A stretch of 64,000 bases of DNA from Dendrobates tinctorius (GCF_039654945.1 NW_027361757.1:2728001-2792000), one strand, 5' to 3'. Positions 49,965 to 62,790 are shown, numbered from the stretch's first letter. A program made the numbers and translations. Notes: a model not told the origin generated them from the sequence alone.

Positions 49965-51420
49965 CTATTCTGCGAATGGGCTGCAAATGTCATTGGAGAT
50001 CCATGACTTGTTCATCTTGATGAAAGTTAGGTTGTCTACACTTTCAGGGGACAGCCGGATGCACTTATCTGTCATGCCACCATCAGCAGAGCTGAAGACA
50101 CATTCTGAGAGAACGCTGGTTGCCGGGCATGATAAAACCTCCAAGGCGTGACAGGTAAGCTCTGGCGAAGAGAAGAAAAAGAACCACTGCAAATAGCGCA
50201 CACTGAACCAGTACAAAAACAATGTTTTATTGATGCAGCAATACAATTAAAAACATAATAAAAACATATGAAGCATCCCACAATATATAACAGTGAAGTA
50301 TGGCATATCACAATTATAGATTATGCTGTAATAACCTGTATATCAACCATGTGGTCCAACCTCACTGCAATAAATCACAACAACCACCCCATAAACCTGC
50401 TCATGGAGACCAAGGGCCCTAATATTGCACAATCACTGCATGAAATAATTCCATGCATGTGTCCCTAAATATTCACTGGTTAGGGCACACAGGCCATAAT
50501 AAGCCAACAGCAATATGGCCAATGCCCACAATCCAATATTCAATTGTACCACACAAAAATTACTCCAGAGCAACCAATAATAAGGTCGCAGTGAAAATAC
50601 AGCTATAACCAAGTGGGTGCTACACCCAGGATCATACCCCACGCGTATTGCCGCAACCCATGCGGCTTCATCATGATGAAGCCGCATGGGTTGCGGTGAT
50701 ACGCGTGGGGTATGATCCTGGGTGTAGCACCCACTTGGTTATAGCTGTATTTTCACTGCGACCTTATTATTGGTTGCTCTGGAGTAATTTTTGTGTGGTA
50801 CAATTGAATATTGGATTGTGGGCATTGGCCATATTGCTGTTGGCTTATTATGGCCTGTGTGCCCTAACCAGTGAATATTTAGGGACACATGCATGGAATT
50901 ATTTCATGCAGTGATTGTGCAATATTAGGGCCCTTGGTCTCCATGAGCAGGTTTATGGGGTGGTTGTTGTGATTTATTGCAGTGAGGTTGGACCACATGG
51001 TTGATATACAGGTTATTACAGCATAATCTATAATTGTGATATGCCATACTTCACTGTTATATATTGTGGGATGCTTCATATGTTTTTATTATGTTTTTAA
51101 TTGTATTGCTGCATCAATAAAACATTGTTTTTGTACTGGTTCAGTGTGCGCTATTTGCAGTGGTTCTTTTTCTTCTCTTCTCATGTTTATTATTCCACTG
51201 TTGCTGCACCTAAACCTTCATTTATATATTTGTGATTGGTACAGTTGGTGCGCCCCATTTTTGTTATAGGTAAGCTCAGGCCACTCTTCCATTTTAGAAG
51301 ACCAAAATGTAAATGGGTCCAAAGTCTTGATGATATTGAGCTTGAGATACTCCTGCACCATCTCTTCCAGTCATTTACTACATCTCAGAATTGTATTCCG
51401 TTCTGCTAGTGCATGGGCAG
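49965..51420 (-). pseudogene. hAT transposase C-terminal dimerisation-domain fragment, split by the 50167-51267 insertion
   Basis: EEWPEL|TCHALEVLSCPATSVLSECVFS...LSPESVDNLTFIKMN. Confidence 0.85.
50167..51267. mobile_element. Fold-back Penelope-like non-coding insertion centred on a hammerhead motif
   Basis: 507-bp spacerless inverted arms (axis 50673|50674) plus an 87-bp tail; TSD AGGTAAGCTC[T/A]GGC at 50153-50166 and 51268-51281. Confidence 0.8.
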
Positions 51421-51799
51421 GTCTAAAAAATGTGTGAATCAACTCATAGATTTTTTTTCCATTACTATTTATTTAACTCACTAATATAGCGCCGTTAATT
51501 ACACAGCCCTTCACATACAATTTCGGTACTGTCCCCATTGGGTTCACAATATAAATTGCCTATCAATATGTCTTTGGAGTGTTGGAGGATACACATGCAG
51601 GGGGAGAACATACAAACGCCTTGCAGATCTTGTCCTTGGTGGAAAGACATGCAGCCGCACACTCCAGTCCCGAGTGCCAGCGGCATTGCCGGGTATTGAG
51701 GCGAGAGACACGCTCGAGTTTCTTGCATTGGACTCAAAAGTGTGACCCCGGCCTTACATGGGGAGTCGAGTAGCATGTCCAGTAACAGAATTTGTCAAA

Positions 51800-52030
51800 A
51801 TGTTGTGCAATTTCTCACTGCAGCAAATCAAACCTCCTTTTCATCTCTCATATCATCCCTGTCTCACAACCCTAAACAGCTATTCAGTACTTTCAATTAT
51901 ATCCTCCATACCCCAGCTCCCCCTCCCTCTCCACTCATCTCAGCTGAATACTTTGTCTCATTCTTCAAGCAGAAGATTGACAACATAAGTAAAAGCTTTT
52001 GCATAAAGTCCCTAAAGCCCTTATTCATAA
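51800..52030 (+). mobile_element. L2-type LINE ORF2 fragment
   Basis: SFSSLISSLSHNPKQLFSTFN...ISAEYFVSFFKQKIDNI. Confidence 0.6.
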
Positions 52031-52717
52031 ATACTCAACTTTCCTTCTCCAAAGCCACAGAGTCATGTGACAGTTTCTTTTTTTCTGGACAAGTAGATGT
52101 TATTATCGGTGCCATTTTTGGGCACATCAAATTTTTCGATCACTTTCTAGTCCAAGTTTTGGGAAGCAGAATGAACAAAAAACAGCAATTCAGAATTTTT
52201 TTATACCGTTCTATGTGTGGTGAAAATGATAAGGTTGCTTTATTCTTTGGGTCAGTGTAACTACAGCGATACCACATTTATACAATGATATGGCTCTTTA
52301 ACATAATAATTATTTCCTAGAAAAAATAATTAATTTGCATCGCTTTATTCTGACGACTATGACTTTTATTTTCGGCTGACGGAGCTGTATGGTGGCTTGT
52401 TTATTGCTGGCCATGATGACATTTTCAGCTGTATCATTTATTTTTACATTTGTCTTTGATCACGTTTTATTTCGTTTTTTATTATTTTTTTCTTGCTATT
52501 CACTGAAGGGGGTAACTAGTTAACAGTTTTATAGGTCGGGTCTTTTCGGACGCGGCAATACCAAATATGTGTACTTTTTTCATTTATTTTTTAAATACAT
52601 AAATCTATTTATTGGATTAGTATTTTTTTATTTGGTAATTTTTTAAAATATTTTTACAATTTTTAATAACTTTTTTTAAAGTTTTTTACATTGTCCCACT
52701 ATGGGACATCATCCTTA

Positions 52718-52900
52718 TGCCGGGGTCACACTTGCGAGAAACTCGCACGAGTCTCGTATCTCAATACCTGGCACTCGGGACCAGAGTGTGCGGCAGCATG
52801 TATTTCTATGCAGCTGAGTGCTCCAGTCCGAGTACTGACGGCAGGGCCGGGTATTAAGAATTGAGACTTGTGCGAGTTTCTCACAAGTGTGATCCCGGCC
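52718..52900. mobile_element. Short PIF/Harbinger MITE
   Basis: TTA TSD; TIRs GCCGGGGTCACAC / GTGTGATCCCGGCC; a partial relative lies at ~51650-51752. Confidence 0.75.
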
Positions 52901-53395
52901 TTACACTGACAGATCACTGATCTGATACTCTGCAATGCTCCTGCTTGCTGCAGGGTATCAGCTCTCACATAGATCTGACACCCGCACCTGATTGCGGTGA
53001 CACTCAGCGCGAGCCAGCATAGTAACGGCGATGTATATATACTTCTCTTTGCATGATTGCAGGTCCAGCAGAGCAGAATATATATGGAACATGTTAGGAA
53101 GGAGTTAACTTCCTAACAAAATAAAACTATATTTCAAAAATTGTGCTAATGTAAAGTAGTCATGTGGGAAATGTTATTTATTAACTATTTTATGTGACAT
53201 AACTCTGGTTTAAAGGCATAAAAATTAAAAGTTTGAAAATTGCTAAATGTTCAACATTTTCAACAAATTTCTGTTTTTTTCACAGATAAACGCAAGTCAT
53301 CTTGAAGAAATGTTCCCACTATCATGAAGTACAATACTGTATGTCACAAAAAACTCAGTCTCAGAATCAGTGGGATCCGTTGAAGGGTTCCATAG

Positions 53396-54422
53396 TGTAA
53401 GGTAGCGCTTATTGTTAGTGTTGCGGATTCACTGCACACAGGAACACTTTCCATTTAAACAGTCTATGTGGTTTATTATACAGCATAAACCATAAAACGC
53501 AACAGTCTTACATCAGACAGGTCAGTGTTCATATTAGGGCTCCGCTCTCTCAGACCTGTGGCCACACAGGCTGTGCCATGTCCAGTAAACAGGCTCTATA
53601 GCCTCAACACAGTTATTTCCACCTGTCCGGGGTTACCTCTTAGGAGCTCCTGCTACAGATGCCGGCTCCATAGTCTGAACCCAGTCTCTTTCAGTATCAC
53701 TCACGTTTGTCAGGGAAGCTGCCGAACTGGGATCACCATCCCAGACAACGCCTTGCTCACTAGGCCACCTAACAGTTTCAGATCCTCAGCTGGGCGGTAG
53801 CTTCCCAATGCAGAGCCGTCACTGACTCTGGAAACATGGCCTCTCTGTGTGCTGTTCAGGACTTCTGCCCCCACTTGGAACCGTCCAACACACAGGCCAC
53901 AGGTCCAAAGCCTCCATGTGCTCTTCAGGGAGGTAGCACACCTTCCAACACATAGGCCTTCCAGGACCTTCCACATGAACCAATCAGGTCCATACACTCT
54001 CCCCCATGTGACCAGACCTCAGGCACATTATATGGTCCATAACCACACCCACCGGTGAGGTATGGATCACGTAGTTATGACCTCACTAATGGTCCTATTT
54101 CACACAGCCACACACACACAGACTTTATCCTGGGCGTTCTGACACACGCCCCTGGGTGGGTTTGTAGGTGACTGGTCCCACCCATCTCCCCAAGTCACCT
54201 GGAAGCTTTCCCAAAACACAATAACAAACCCTCAGCAGTAGATCTGCTGAACAACACACGTTCCGGCTTCCATCACAAGACCACTCATCCTTGTGATACA
54301 TATCGGCCATTCACAACCCTGCCGCTCATCATTTCCCCACCACAATAAAGGAAACGCCTGCATGCATGTCCTGGGAATGCCATACAGCACCCCCTAGCTG
54401 TCACAGGGGTCACTGCATCACA
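53396..54422. mobile_element. Solo LTR (Gypsy-like)
   Basis: TGT...ACA termini; 4-bp TSD ATAG (53392-53395, 54423-54426). Confidence 0.8.
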
Positions 54423-56459
54423 ATAGTTATTACAACATAAACTAACACTGGTCAGAATTGTAACATTTTGACTGGTCATAAAGGTGCAAACATCCTTGGG
54501 GAGTAAAGGGGTTAATAGCAATAGTCTTGCAACTCCTGCACTTATTATGGTTATGTACCTGCATGTGTAACACCCCTTTAAGCTGGTTTATATAGGTAGG
54601 GAGCCTGGTAGTTCCACCTTACTATGATGCAATGCTTCCATCAAAATTTTGCTGGGAGCTCTTTAGGAATTCACGAGGATCTTCCTCTTCTGGCAGTGGG
54701 TTGGCTCAGGAGACTACTCTCCAAGCTTTGTACACACAAGAAATTAGATTAAAACAGCTTAACTGGTTATTTTTGAAGTTTAAATGATGAAAAAAAGTAA
54801 ATGAATGAGCAAGGGACTGCAAATGTTCTTGGGAGCTGTAGTCCGAGGCAATCTAGGAAAAGAAGTAATGATTTCTGCTGATGTGAATCTCTGCTTGTCC
54901 CCTGCTGCACAAGCCTCTGTACACAATACTACCCCTGCAGGGGTTACACATGAAAAATACTGTTGTAAAAATACATATAATCATGTGCTTTATTTTCAAC
55001 TTTATTTATATTTCCTGCTTTACTTTATATTTTACCAACAATAATGATTGTATTTAAAGAGAATCTATCACCTAATGGAAAACCTCATAAAGTGAAAATA
55101 TACCAAAAAAATATTAAATACATAGAAAAACTTGCTGCACTCCACTGTCTCACTATTTGACAGCTGTGTGAGACTTCCTGCTATGGAGCTTGGAGAGTCA
55201 ATAGAGTCAGAGAATATTGGGAGGGTTAAATAAGAAGAGATGAAAAGAGATTCCTGTATATTGTGAACTAGCAGGCAAGGCTTGTGGGGAGAGAGGAGGA
55301 TAGAAGCTGCAACAATAAAGGTAAATCATGTATAAACTTTGTCTTCAGTGTGCTGTAGTTGTCTTTGTTCATGAAGTGAGAAACTCAGATTAAAGAATCT
55401 GTCACATTTGAGCTACATTGCTGAAAAAAGTAATCTTTTATCACTTTGTGTAAATGAGTTCTTCCAGGCTACGAGGTGTACTCTGCTCAGAAGATAATGC
55501 TGCCTACTCACTTCATTATCCTATCTTTCTCCTCCCTCATTGTCCCTGTGATGTCAGGTGGCTGTAAATCCCGCGCCAACGCATTCCAACTATAAGAGTT
55601 CCTATAAGATGCGCACTCAGCAAAAAATAATGATGGTGCTGGCTGGACAGGGGTTGGGATTAGAGTTGAGCGAAACGGGTCGAAAAAATTCAAAAGTCGC
55701 CGACTTTCGCCAAAGTCGGGTTTCATGAAACGAAACTCGACCCTAGGGTGAGGTCGGCCACGAGGTCGGCGACTTTTGCGCCAAAGTCGCATTTCAAAAG
55801 ATGCTTTAGCGCCCTTTTTCAGCCAATCAGGAAGAACGGACACTGTGTTCAGCGTGATGACATAGGCAGTGGTCCCCACCATCTTTGAGAAGGGCATGCA
55901 AGTGATTGGCTTGCTTTGGGGGGCGTCACAGGGGGTATAAAAGGGTATGCACGCCGACCGCCATCTTACTTATGCTGATCTCAGAATAGGGAGAGCTGCT
56001 GCTGCTGCTGCTGATTCTGTAGGGAGAGCGTTAGGAAGGCCAAAAGGAAAAAAAAACAACTTCTGCTGCTAGCGATTTTGCCTGTACAACACACCAGTCA
56101 CTGTGCAGTGCAAGGGGAGGCTATATTTTGGTGGATCAGCTCTGTTGGTTATTAGGCTGCCTTCTAAGGCTACCTGATAGCTGCATTGCTGTGTGCACAC
56201 TGGTGTTAAAACTGCTTTTTTAAAAGCAATCCAAATTTAATTGTTTTGTCCTGGTGAGGTACTGAGCGTGCATTTTTTCACACACCATACAGCGGTGTAC
56301 GCTCCTCACACAGTACCGTGTACCGGCTGTTATCACGGCCAAAGTGAAGCTATCTGTGTGTGACTCTGTAAGGAAAAGCCGAGGAGTTTGTCCGTTCTTA
56401 CAGACCTACACTGTAGAGAGATTCCAATTCTGCCCAATTCTATATACACCTTGTAGTTT

Positions 56460-57075
56460 GTCATACACTAGCCAATTTCTGCCTGTGACATAGCGGTGTA
56501 ATATACACTGGGCCTGACACAATACAACAGTGTCCAGAAGTGTGTAAGGAGCTTCCAGCTCTCCCCTGTCCTATATTGACATTTTTTACACCAGCTAAAT
56601 TCAGCCTGTGATATAGCGGTGTAATATACACTGGGCCTGACACAATGCAAAAGTGTCCAGAAGTGTGTAAGGAGCTTCTAGTTCTCCCCTGTCCTATATT
56701 GACATTTTTTACACCAGCTAAATTCAGCCTGTGATATAGCAGTGTAATATACACTGGGCCTGACACAACACAACAGTGTCCAGAAGTGTGTAAGGAGATT
56801 CAAATTCTCCCCAGGCCTATATACACATTTTTTACACCATCCAAAATTCAGCCTGTGATATAGAGGTGTAATATACACTGGGCCTGAGACAATCCAACAG
56901 TGTCCAGAAGTGTGTAAGGAGATTCAAATTCTCCCCAGGCCTATATACACATTTTTTACACCATCCAAAATTCAGCCTGTGATATAGAGGTGAAATATAC
57001 ACTGGGCCTGAGACAATCCAACAGTGTCCAGAAGTGGGTAAGGAGATTCAAATTCTCCCCGCTACTATATACACC
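56460..57075. repeat. 123-124-bp tandem repeat x5 upstream of the transposase
   Basis: CAGAAGTG recurs at 56535, 56658, 56781, 56905 and 57029. Confidence 0.9.
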
Positions 57076-57135
57076 TTGTACCTTATTTTACAGTACCATA
57101 TAGTTGGTGGAATTTTGGGTACATTTTCCCATAAA

Positions 57136-60100
57136 ATGAGGAAGTGTGGTGGAAGAGGCCGTGGAAGTGGGCGGGGGTTGCCAGCTGGTAATGATGGTGT
57201 TGGTGGTGGTGGTGGATCTGCTGGTAGTGGCAAAAGCAAAATAGCAGCTAATGCAGGAGGTGTTGAGCCTGTGTCATCGTCTGGCTCCACAATGCCTCGA
57301 AGGCTTCCATTTCTGGGAGTAGGTAAACTGCTTTTAAAGCCGGAGCTTCAGGAACAAGTTTTGGCGTACATTGCTGACTCAGCCTCCAGCTCTATCGCCT
57401 CCTCTTCTGAAGTTTTAAAAAATAAAAGCACTGAGTCGTCATTGGAGGCTCCTGGTCATGAACCACACCTTTCCTTGTGTCCTTCACCCCAACCAAAATT
57501 GAAGGATGCGGCAGGCCACACTACAGATTACTCCATGGAGCTGTTTTCACATACATGCCTGGGTTATCAAGTCAAACTGTGAATTACCCAGGCCAAGATG
57601 AATCTGACATGGAGTGCACTGATGCACAGCCACTGCTAGATCATTCTGCTGGTACATTCACTCAGAGCACTACATTGTCCTCGCAGTGTACTGAGCCAGA
57701 TTCAGACACTGATGAAACTCAGGTGCCCCTTCCCGCATACTATACTACCATACACGGTGACACAGAGGAAGGTGCACATGACATTGAAGAGGAGGTGATG
57801 GATGACCCAGTTGTTGACCCAGATTAGCATCCATTGGGGGAAGAGGGTGCCGATAGCTCAGAAGAGGAGGAGCATCCGCAGCAGGCATCGACATCGCAAC
57901 AGCTATTATCTGGCAGGCCCAGAGCAGTTCAAAAACGGGTTACAAAAACCAACAGAGTTGCAGGACAGCTTGGACACACGGTCAAAATAGCACAGCGTCA
58001 AGGCCGCAAAATGTCTTCCATAGTAGGAAGAGTGCAGTGTGGCACTTTTTTGAACAAAATCCTCATGATCAGGCAAAGGTTATCTGTAAGAAGTGCGCAA
58101 AGACCTTTAGCCGAGGGAAAAATCTGAGAAATTTGAATACCAGTTGCATGCTTAGACATTTAACCACCATGCACTTGCAAGCATGGATGGACTACCAAAC
58201 CTCACGTACCACATGTGCAACTGCTCCCAAAGAAGGTAGTCAGCAACGTTACATTGTTTCCCCCACTGTAAGCCCACCGGTTAGCACACCACCAGCAGCA
58301 AATGTTGAGGTGCCGTGGCAAGGCCAAAGCAGTCAGGGAATCACAATGTTATATCAACGAAAGACTGAATCTAGGCCATCAGAAAGAACACCAACTCCAT
58401 CACCATCATCAACCCTCTCTCAGTCCGCCCTGTCCACCGCTAGTTCCACCATATGCAGCTCTCAAATCCAGCTCACCCTACCAGAGACTATGAGTAGGAC
58501 AAGAAAGTACTCATCCTCTCATCCGCGTACACAGGGTTTGAACGCCCACAATGCCAAACTAATCTCGTTAGAGATGATGCCCTATCGGTTGGTTGAAAGT
58601 GCAGCTTTCCAGGAACTCATGGACTACGCAGTACCACGCTATGACCTACCCAGTCGCCACTTCTTTTCTCACAAAGCCATCCCAGCCCTCCACCTTCACG
58701 TGAAAGACCGCATTGTCCATGCACTCAAGCAATCAGTGAGTGGAAAGGTGCACCTCACAACTGATGCATGGTCCAGTAGGCATGGCCAGGGCCGTTACGT
58801 GTCCATCACAGCGCACTGGGTTAATGTGGTGGATGCAGGGTCTACAGGGGACAGCGGTGGTGTGACAGTGCTGCCTAGCCCACTGTATAGGAAAGAGTTA
58901 GCTATAGGCGTTCGACCCTCTTCCAGAAGCGAAAGCTCATCCACAGAGCACAGTCGCACGAGCACTCCATCCGCAGCTGCCAGTGTTGCACACGAGGTGT
59001 CCCCCTATCGATCAACTAGTGGAAAGCGTCAGCAGGCTGTGTTGAAGATGATGTGCTTGGGCAACAGACACACCGCGGAGGTACTGGCCGACTACTTTCA
59101 GTGATAAACTGAGTCATGGCTGGGCAGTCTACAACTTGAGGCAGGCAAGGTAGTTAGTGATAACGGCTGGAATTTTGTGGCAGCCATAGCCCTTTCAAAA
59201 CTCAGACACATACCTTGCTTGGCTCACACCTTGAACCTGGTGGTGCAGTGCTTCCTCAATAATTATCCGGAGTTAACAGGCCTGCTTCATAATGTTTGAA
59301 GACTGTGCTCGCACATCCGCCGGTCGCCGGTACGCTCAAGTCGTATGCAGAAGTTGCAGTGATTGCTCCACCTTCCCAAGCACCGCCTAATTATCGACGT
59401 TGCAACAAGGTTGAACTCAACCCTGCACATGGTTGAGCGGCTGTGCGAACAGAGGCAGGCCATAATGCATTTGTGGGAGGATACACGAGAAGGCACTTTG
59501 AGGGCAGACATGGAGTTGACAGGTGTGCAGTGGTCGAAGCTGAAAGACCTCTGTAAAGTCCTTCAGTGTTTTGAGGAATGCACATGGCAGGTAAGCGCAG
59601 ATGACGCCATCATAAGCATGAGCATCCCACTTATGTGTCTACTCATGCAAACTTTGACACACATTAAGGAGCAGGCATCTGCAGCCGAAGATGATGAGGA
59701 AGAGGAGGAGGGAATCCTTGATGACAGTCAGCCATTGTCTGCTCCGGGACCTCAAATGGACGAGGTGGAGGAAGAGGAGGAGGAGGATGATGATGGGGAT
59801 GATTATTTAGGGGAGGAGGATGCTTCTCGTGGGGCAAGGGAAAATGTTGGCTTGGCAAGGTCTGGTACATGGTTTGTGCGTGACTGGAGGGATGTGGATT
59901 TTTCCAGAAAGTGCTCCTCCACCCAGCACTCGCAGTGCATCATAGACACCGGGAACATTGGCCCACATGTCAGATTATGCCTTGCAGATCCTAAAAAGGG
60001 ACCCCCGCATTGCTAAAATGATGAACGATGATGACTACTGGTTGGCCAGCATCCTGGATCCACGCTATAAAGGCAAATTCCAAAACCTCATGCCACAAGA

Positions 60101-60695
60101 GAACCTTGACCTAACTCTGTTAAACCGGTTGGTTGAGGCATTCCCAGCACACAGCAGCGGTGATGGTTCTCACACGAGCCGTAGGGGCCGGGGGCAACTT
60201 GGAAGAGGTGTTCGTGGTGCACACATCAGAAGTGGCGTTGGAGACAGGGGTTTCATGACCATGTTGTGGACTGATTTTTCAAGTCCCGCTCACACGACTA
60301 GTAATACTGCATCGATTGAAAGTGACAGGAGACAGCAGTTGTCAACTATGGTTACAAACTACTTCTCATCCCATATCGATGTTCTCCCTCACAGGTCATT
60401 CCCATTTGACTATTGGGCCGCTATACTGGACACCTGGCCTGAATTGGCTCAATATGCCTTACAGGAGCTCGCTTGCCCAGCTGCAAGTGTGCTATCGGAA
60501 AGAGTCTTCAGTGCAGCTGGATCAATCCTGGCAGGAAAAAGGACCTGTCTGTCGACCCAAAATGTGGATGATCTAACCTTCATTAAAATAAACCATGCAT
60601 GGGTTTCCAAGGATTTTGACCCACCTTACCCTGATGACACATTGTTGCCAGAAAAATGGCTGGCTTTGGTCCTCCTCTTCCTCAGACTTGACTAA
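57136..60695 (+). pseudogene. hAT (Ac/ZBED-like) transposase pseudogene with BED finger, DDE core and dimerisation domain
   Basis: WHFF..VICKKC..MLRHLTTMH (BED); VHLTTDAW; VVSDNG; IPCLAHTLNLVV; DVATRLNS; LDPRYK; WPELAQYAL..CPAASVLSERVFSAAG. Stops at 57825, 59102, 59105, ~59297 and 59360, plus frameshifts. Confidence 0.95.
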
Positions 60696-61714
60696 TTTCA
60701 CCTTTAGCAACAGCTGAATGTCCCACATCAACATATGCCATTTTGTTAAACTCCCTAACTGGGCTGCCTCCCCCCCATGGCCGGGGTCACCAACTAGTGC
60801 ACGCAACCGTGCGAGTGCCGTTGCCCTGGACAGGTGGGTAGGCCGACTCTTGGGAGCGGGCACTGGCACAGGGTCCCTCATAGTGCAATCAAGTGTCTCT
60901 GACGGTGGGGGTGCACACCCGCCGTCAGACACACCGCTGTACTATGAGGGGCCCAGTGCCAGTACCGACGCCCACGAGTGTGCCCCCCTTGCTTGGGCAG
61001 GGCCCCAGCATTTGCAATGTTTACCTCTCCCTGCTCCTCCGCTGTGTAGTCTGGGCTGTCAAATCCTTCACTGGGACTGCCACTACAAATTTGTTGAACT
61101 GATAGATGATGGTTAAGACGTAGCTATGCCCTGTCCCACTGGCCTGGCTCTAGCTTCAGATGATCAATGGCTTCCATTTCTTATGGACGTTGACTCACAA
61201 TGACATGCAGTGGTGGTTTATCATCAGGCTTCACAGTTTTCCTACTCACAGACGTGTGACATTCCGGTGCACATTTTTAAATGTGCCCTCTCATGCCAAT
61301 CCAATAGAATGGCCTACGGCCTGTGGCTTCTGTCTTTTGCACTCCAAAGTTATGTGACAGATCATGATAGGCAGTGAGCACCATGTTTACATCTCTCCCT
61401 GTGATAAAAATTTGATGGAGATGAGTAACGTTGATGGGATCAACAGTACTGCGATACAGCAACACTTTCTTCACAAAGAAATGTTTTCGCTGTCTCCACA
61501 CACAAATTAATTTAATTAAGTTTTTCCCGTGATTAGTAATTTCTAGATTTCTGCACTCACTAGACTTTATGTCAGTAATTGTATGCATCTCATTTCCTAT
61601 TGCGGAGAGGCTGGACTGTCTTACTGACACAGAAATTTATAAGAAGATTTAAAAATACCACCAAAAGTGTATACTGGTGTACGCTTCAAATACATTTCCT
61701 TTTTTCTACTTTTT

Positions 61715-62265
61715 AGATTGTTGTCTAATCCATACTGAGAACACAGAGATTTGAAATGTTTAAACTATGCTATATACTGTATACCTGCTATCCAGTGATA
61801 ATGTACCCTTTCTAAACTTTGTACAATCTGGTCAAATCCATACTGGGCCTGAGAACGTCTGAGTCTGCCTCCTGCTCTATAGACATAGGTTTTTAATGTG
61901 TAAACTATGCTATAGATACCAGTTATCCGGTGATACGGTACCCTTTCTCACCTGTGTCCAATGACGTCTAATCCATACTGGGCCTGAGACCGTCTGAGTC
62001 TGCCTCCTGATCTATAGACATAGGTTTTTAATGTGTAAACTATGCTATGCATACCAGTTATCCAGTGATACGGTACCCTTTCTCACCTTTGTCCAATCAC
62101 GTCTAATCCATACTGGGCCTGAAACCGTCTGAGCCTGCCTCCTGATATATAAACATAGGTTTTTAATGTGTAAACTATGCTACATATATACGTGTTATCC
62201 GGTGAATCTGTACCCTTTATCAACTTTCTACAATGTTGTAGAATCCATACTGGGCCTGAGAATGG
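61715..62265. repeat. ~135-bp tandem repeat x4-5 downstream of the transposase
   Basis: AATCCATACTGGGCCTGA recurs at ~61835, 61970, 62106 and 62242. Confidence 0.85.
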
Positions 62266-62344
62266 CTGCTGAGCTGTTAAACAAGCTACAGCACCTGTGG
62301 TTTGGACACGTAATTTTTTCATTTTTTCTGGAATGCTGGTTAGG

Positions 62345-62740
62345 CCTAATTCCGGAATTGCGGTTGACCTGCACTTACTGGGAAATCATCGTTCGCGGGG
62401 AATAATTGGAATCCCAGATCCCCTTCATTAACGGTGTTCAGTGGGTTATCTGCACCTGTAAGCGACAAAAGCTGGTCCTTTCAGTGTAGCGCGCATGCAG
62501 CCCCGGACATGTAAGGGCATGATAGACCTGTTAGTGCCAGAGCCTCGCGTATCCCTCTAGTAAGCTTGACACGTACCGCAGGGGCATGCCGGAGTCTCTG
62601 TCATTAACGGAATAAAGCTGAGAAATCGCTAGCACAACTACAAACGGACATACCACACCACACACAGAATCGACAAAGGTTTCAATGTGTGCATCTTTTC
62701 TTTAGGTGGCATGGTTGTGGTTTCCCGGGTGGAGGGACCA
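62345..62740 (-). rRNA. Diverged 18S rRNA-derived fragment (3' major domain); non-functional
   Basis: Minus strand carries recognisable 18S blocks in the correct order: GGGAAACCACAACC, AGCGATTT, GAGACTCCGGCATGC, TAACAGGTCT..ATGCCCTTA.ATGTCCGGGGCTGCA.GCGCGCTACACTGA, AATTATTCCCC, TTCCCAGTAAGTGC.GGTCA. Confidence 0.85.
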
Positions 62741-62790
62741 ATGATTCTGTATGGAGAAATATATGGGCCTCATTACTCTGTATAGCGCAC

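Larger units (their letters stand above)
39058..54511. mobile_element. Large composite of TTAA-flanked (piggyBac-like) non-autonomous elements hosting multiple nested insertions; internal boundaries uncertain
   Basis: TTAA|CCACTTTATGACC start and AAAGGGG|TTAA end; sequence continues across the Tc1 (41190/47931) and the LTR (53395/54423); ~370-390 bp tandem units at 47950-49340; inner TTAACTCCTT/AAGGAGTTAA pair at 49352/53108. Confidence 0.5.

Noticed and set aside
50268-51269. Identical ORF pairs on opposite strands (also 45000-45266, 18753-19226, 22460-22849)
   Set aside because: Mirror products of palindromes.
57136-60695. Domesticated ZBED gene
   Set aside because: Multiple stops and frameshifts, and a TIR is still present.
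62345-62740. Functional rRNA gene or contaminant contig
   Set aside because: Only ~400 bp, substituted at conserved positions, and embedded in host transposon sequence.
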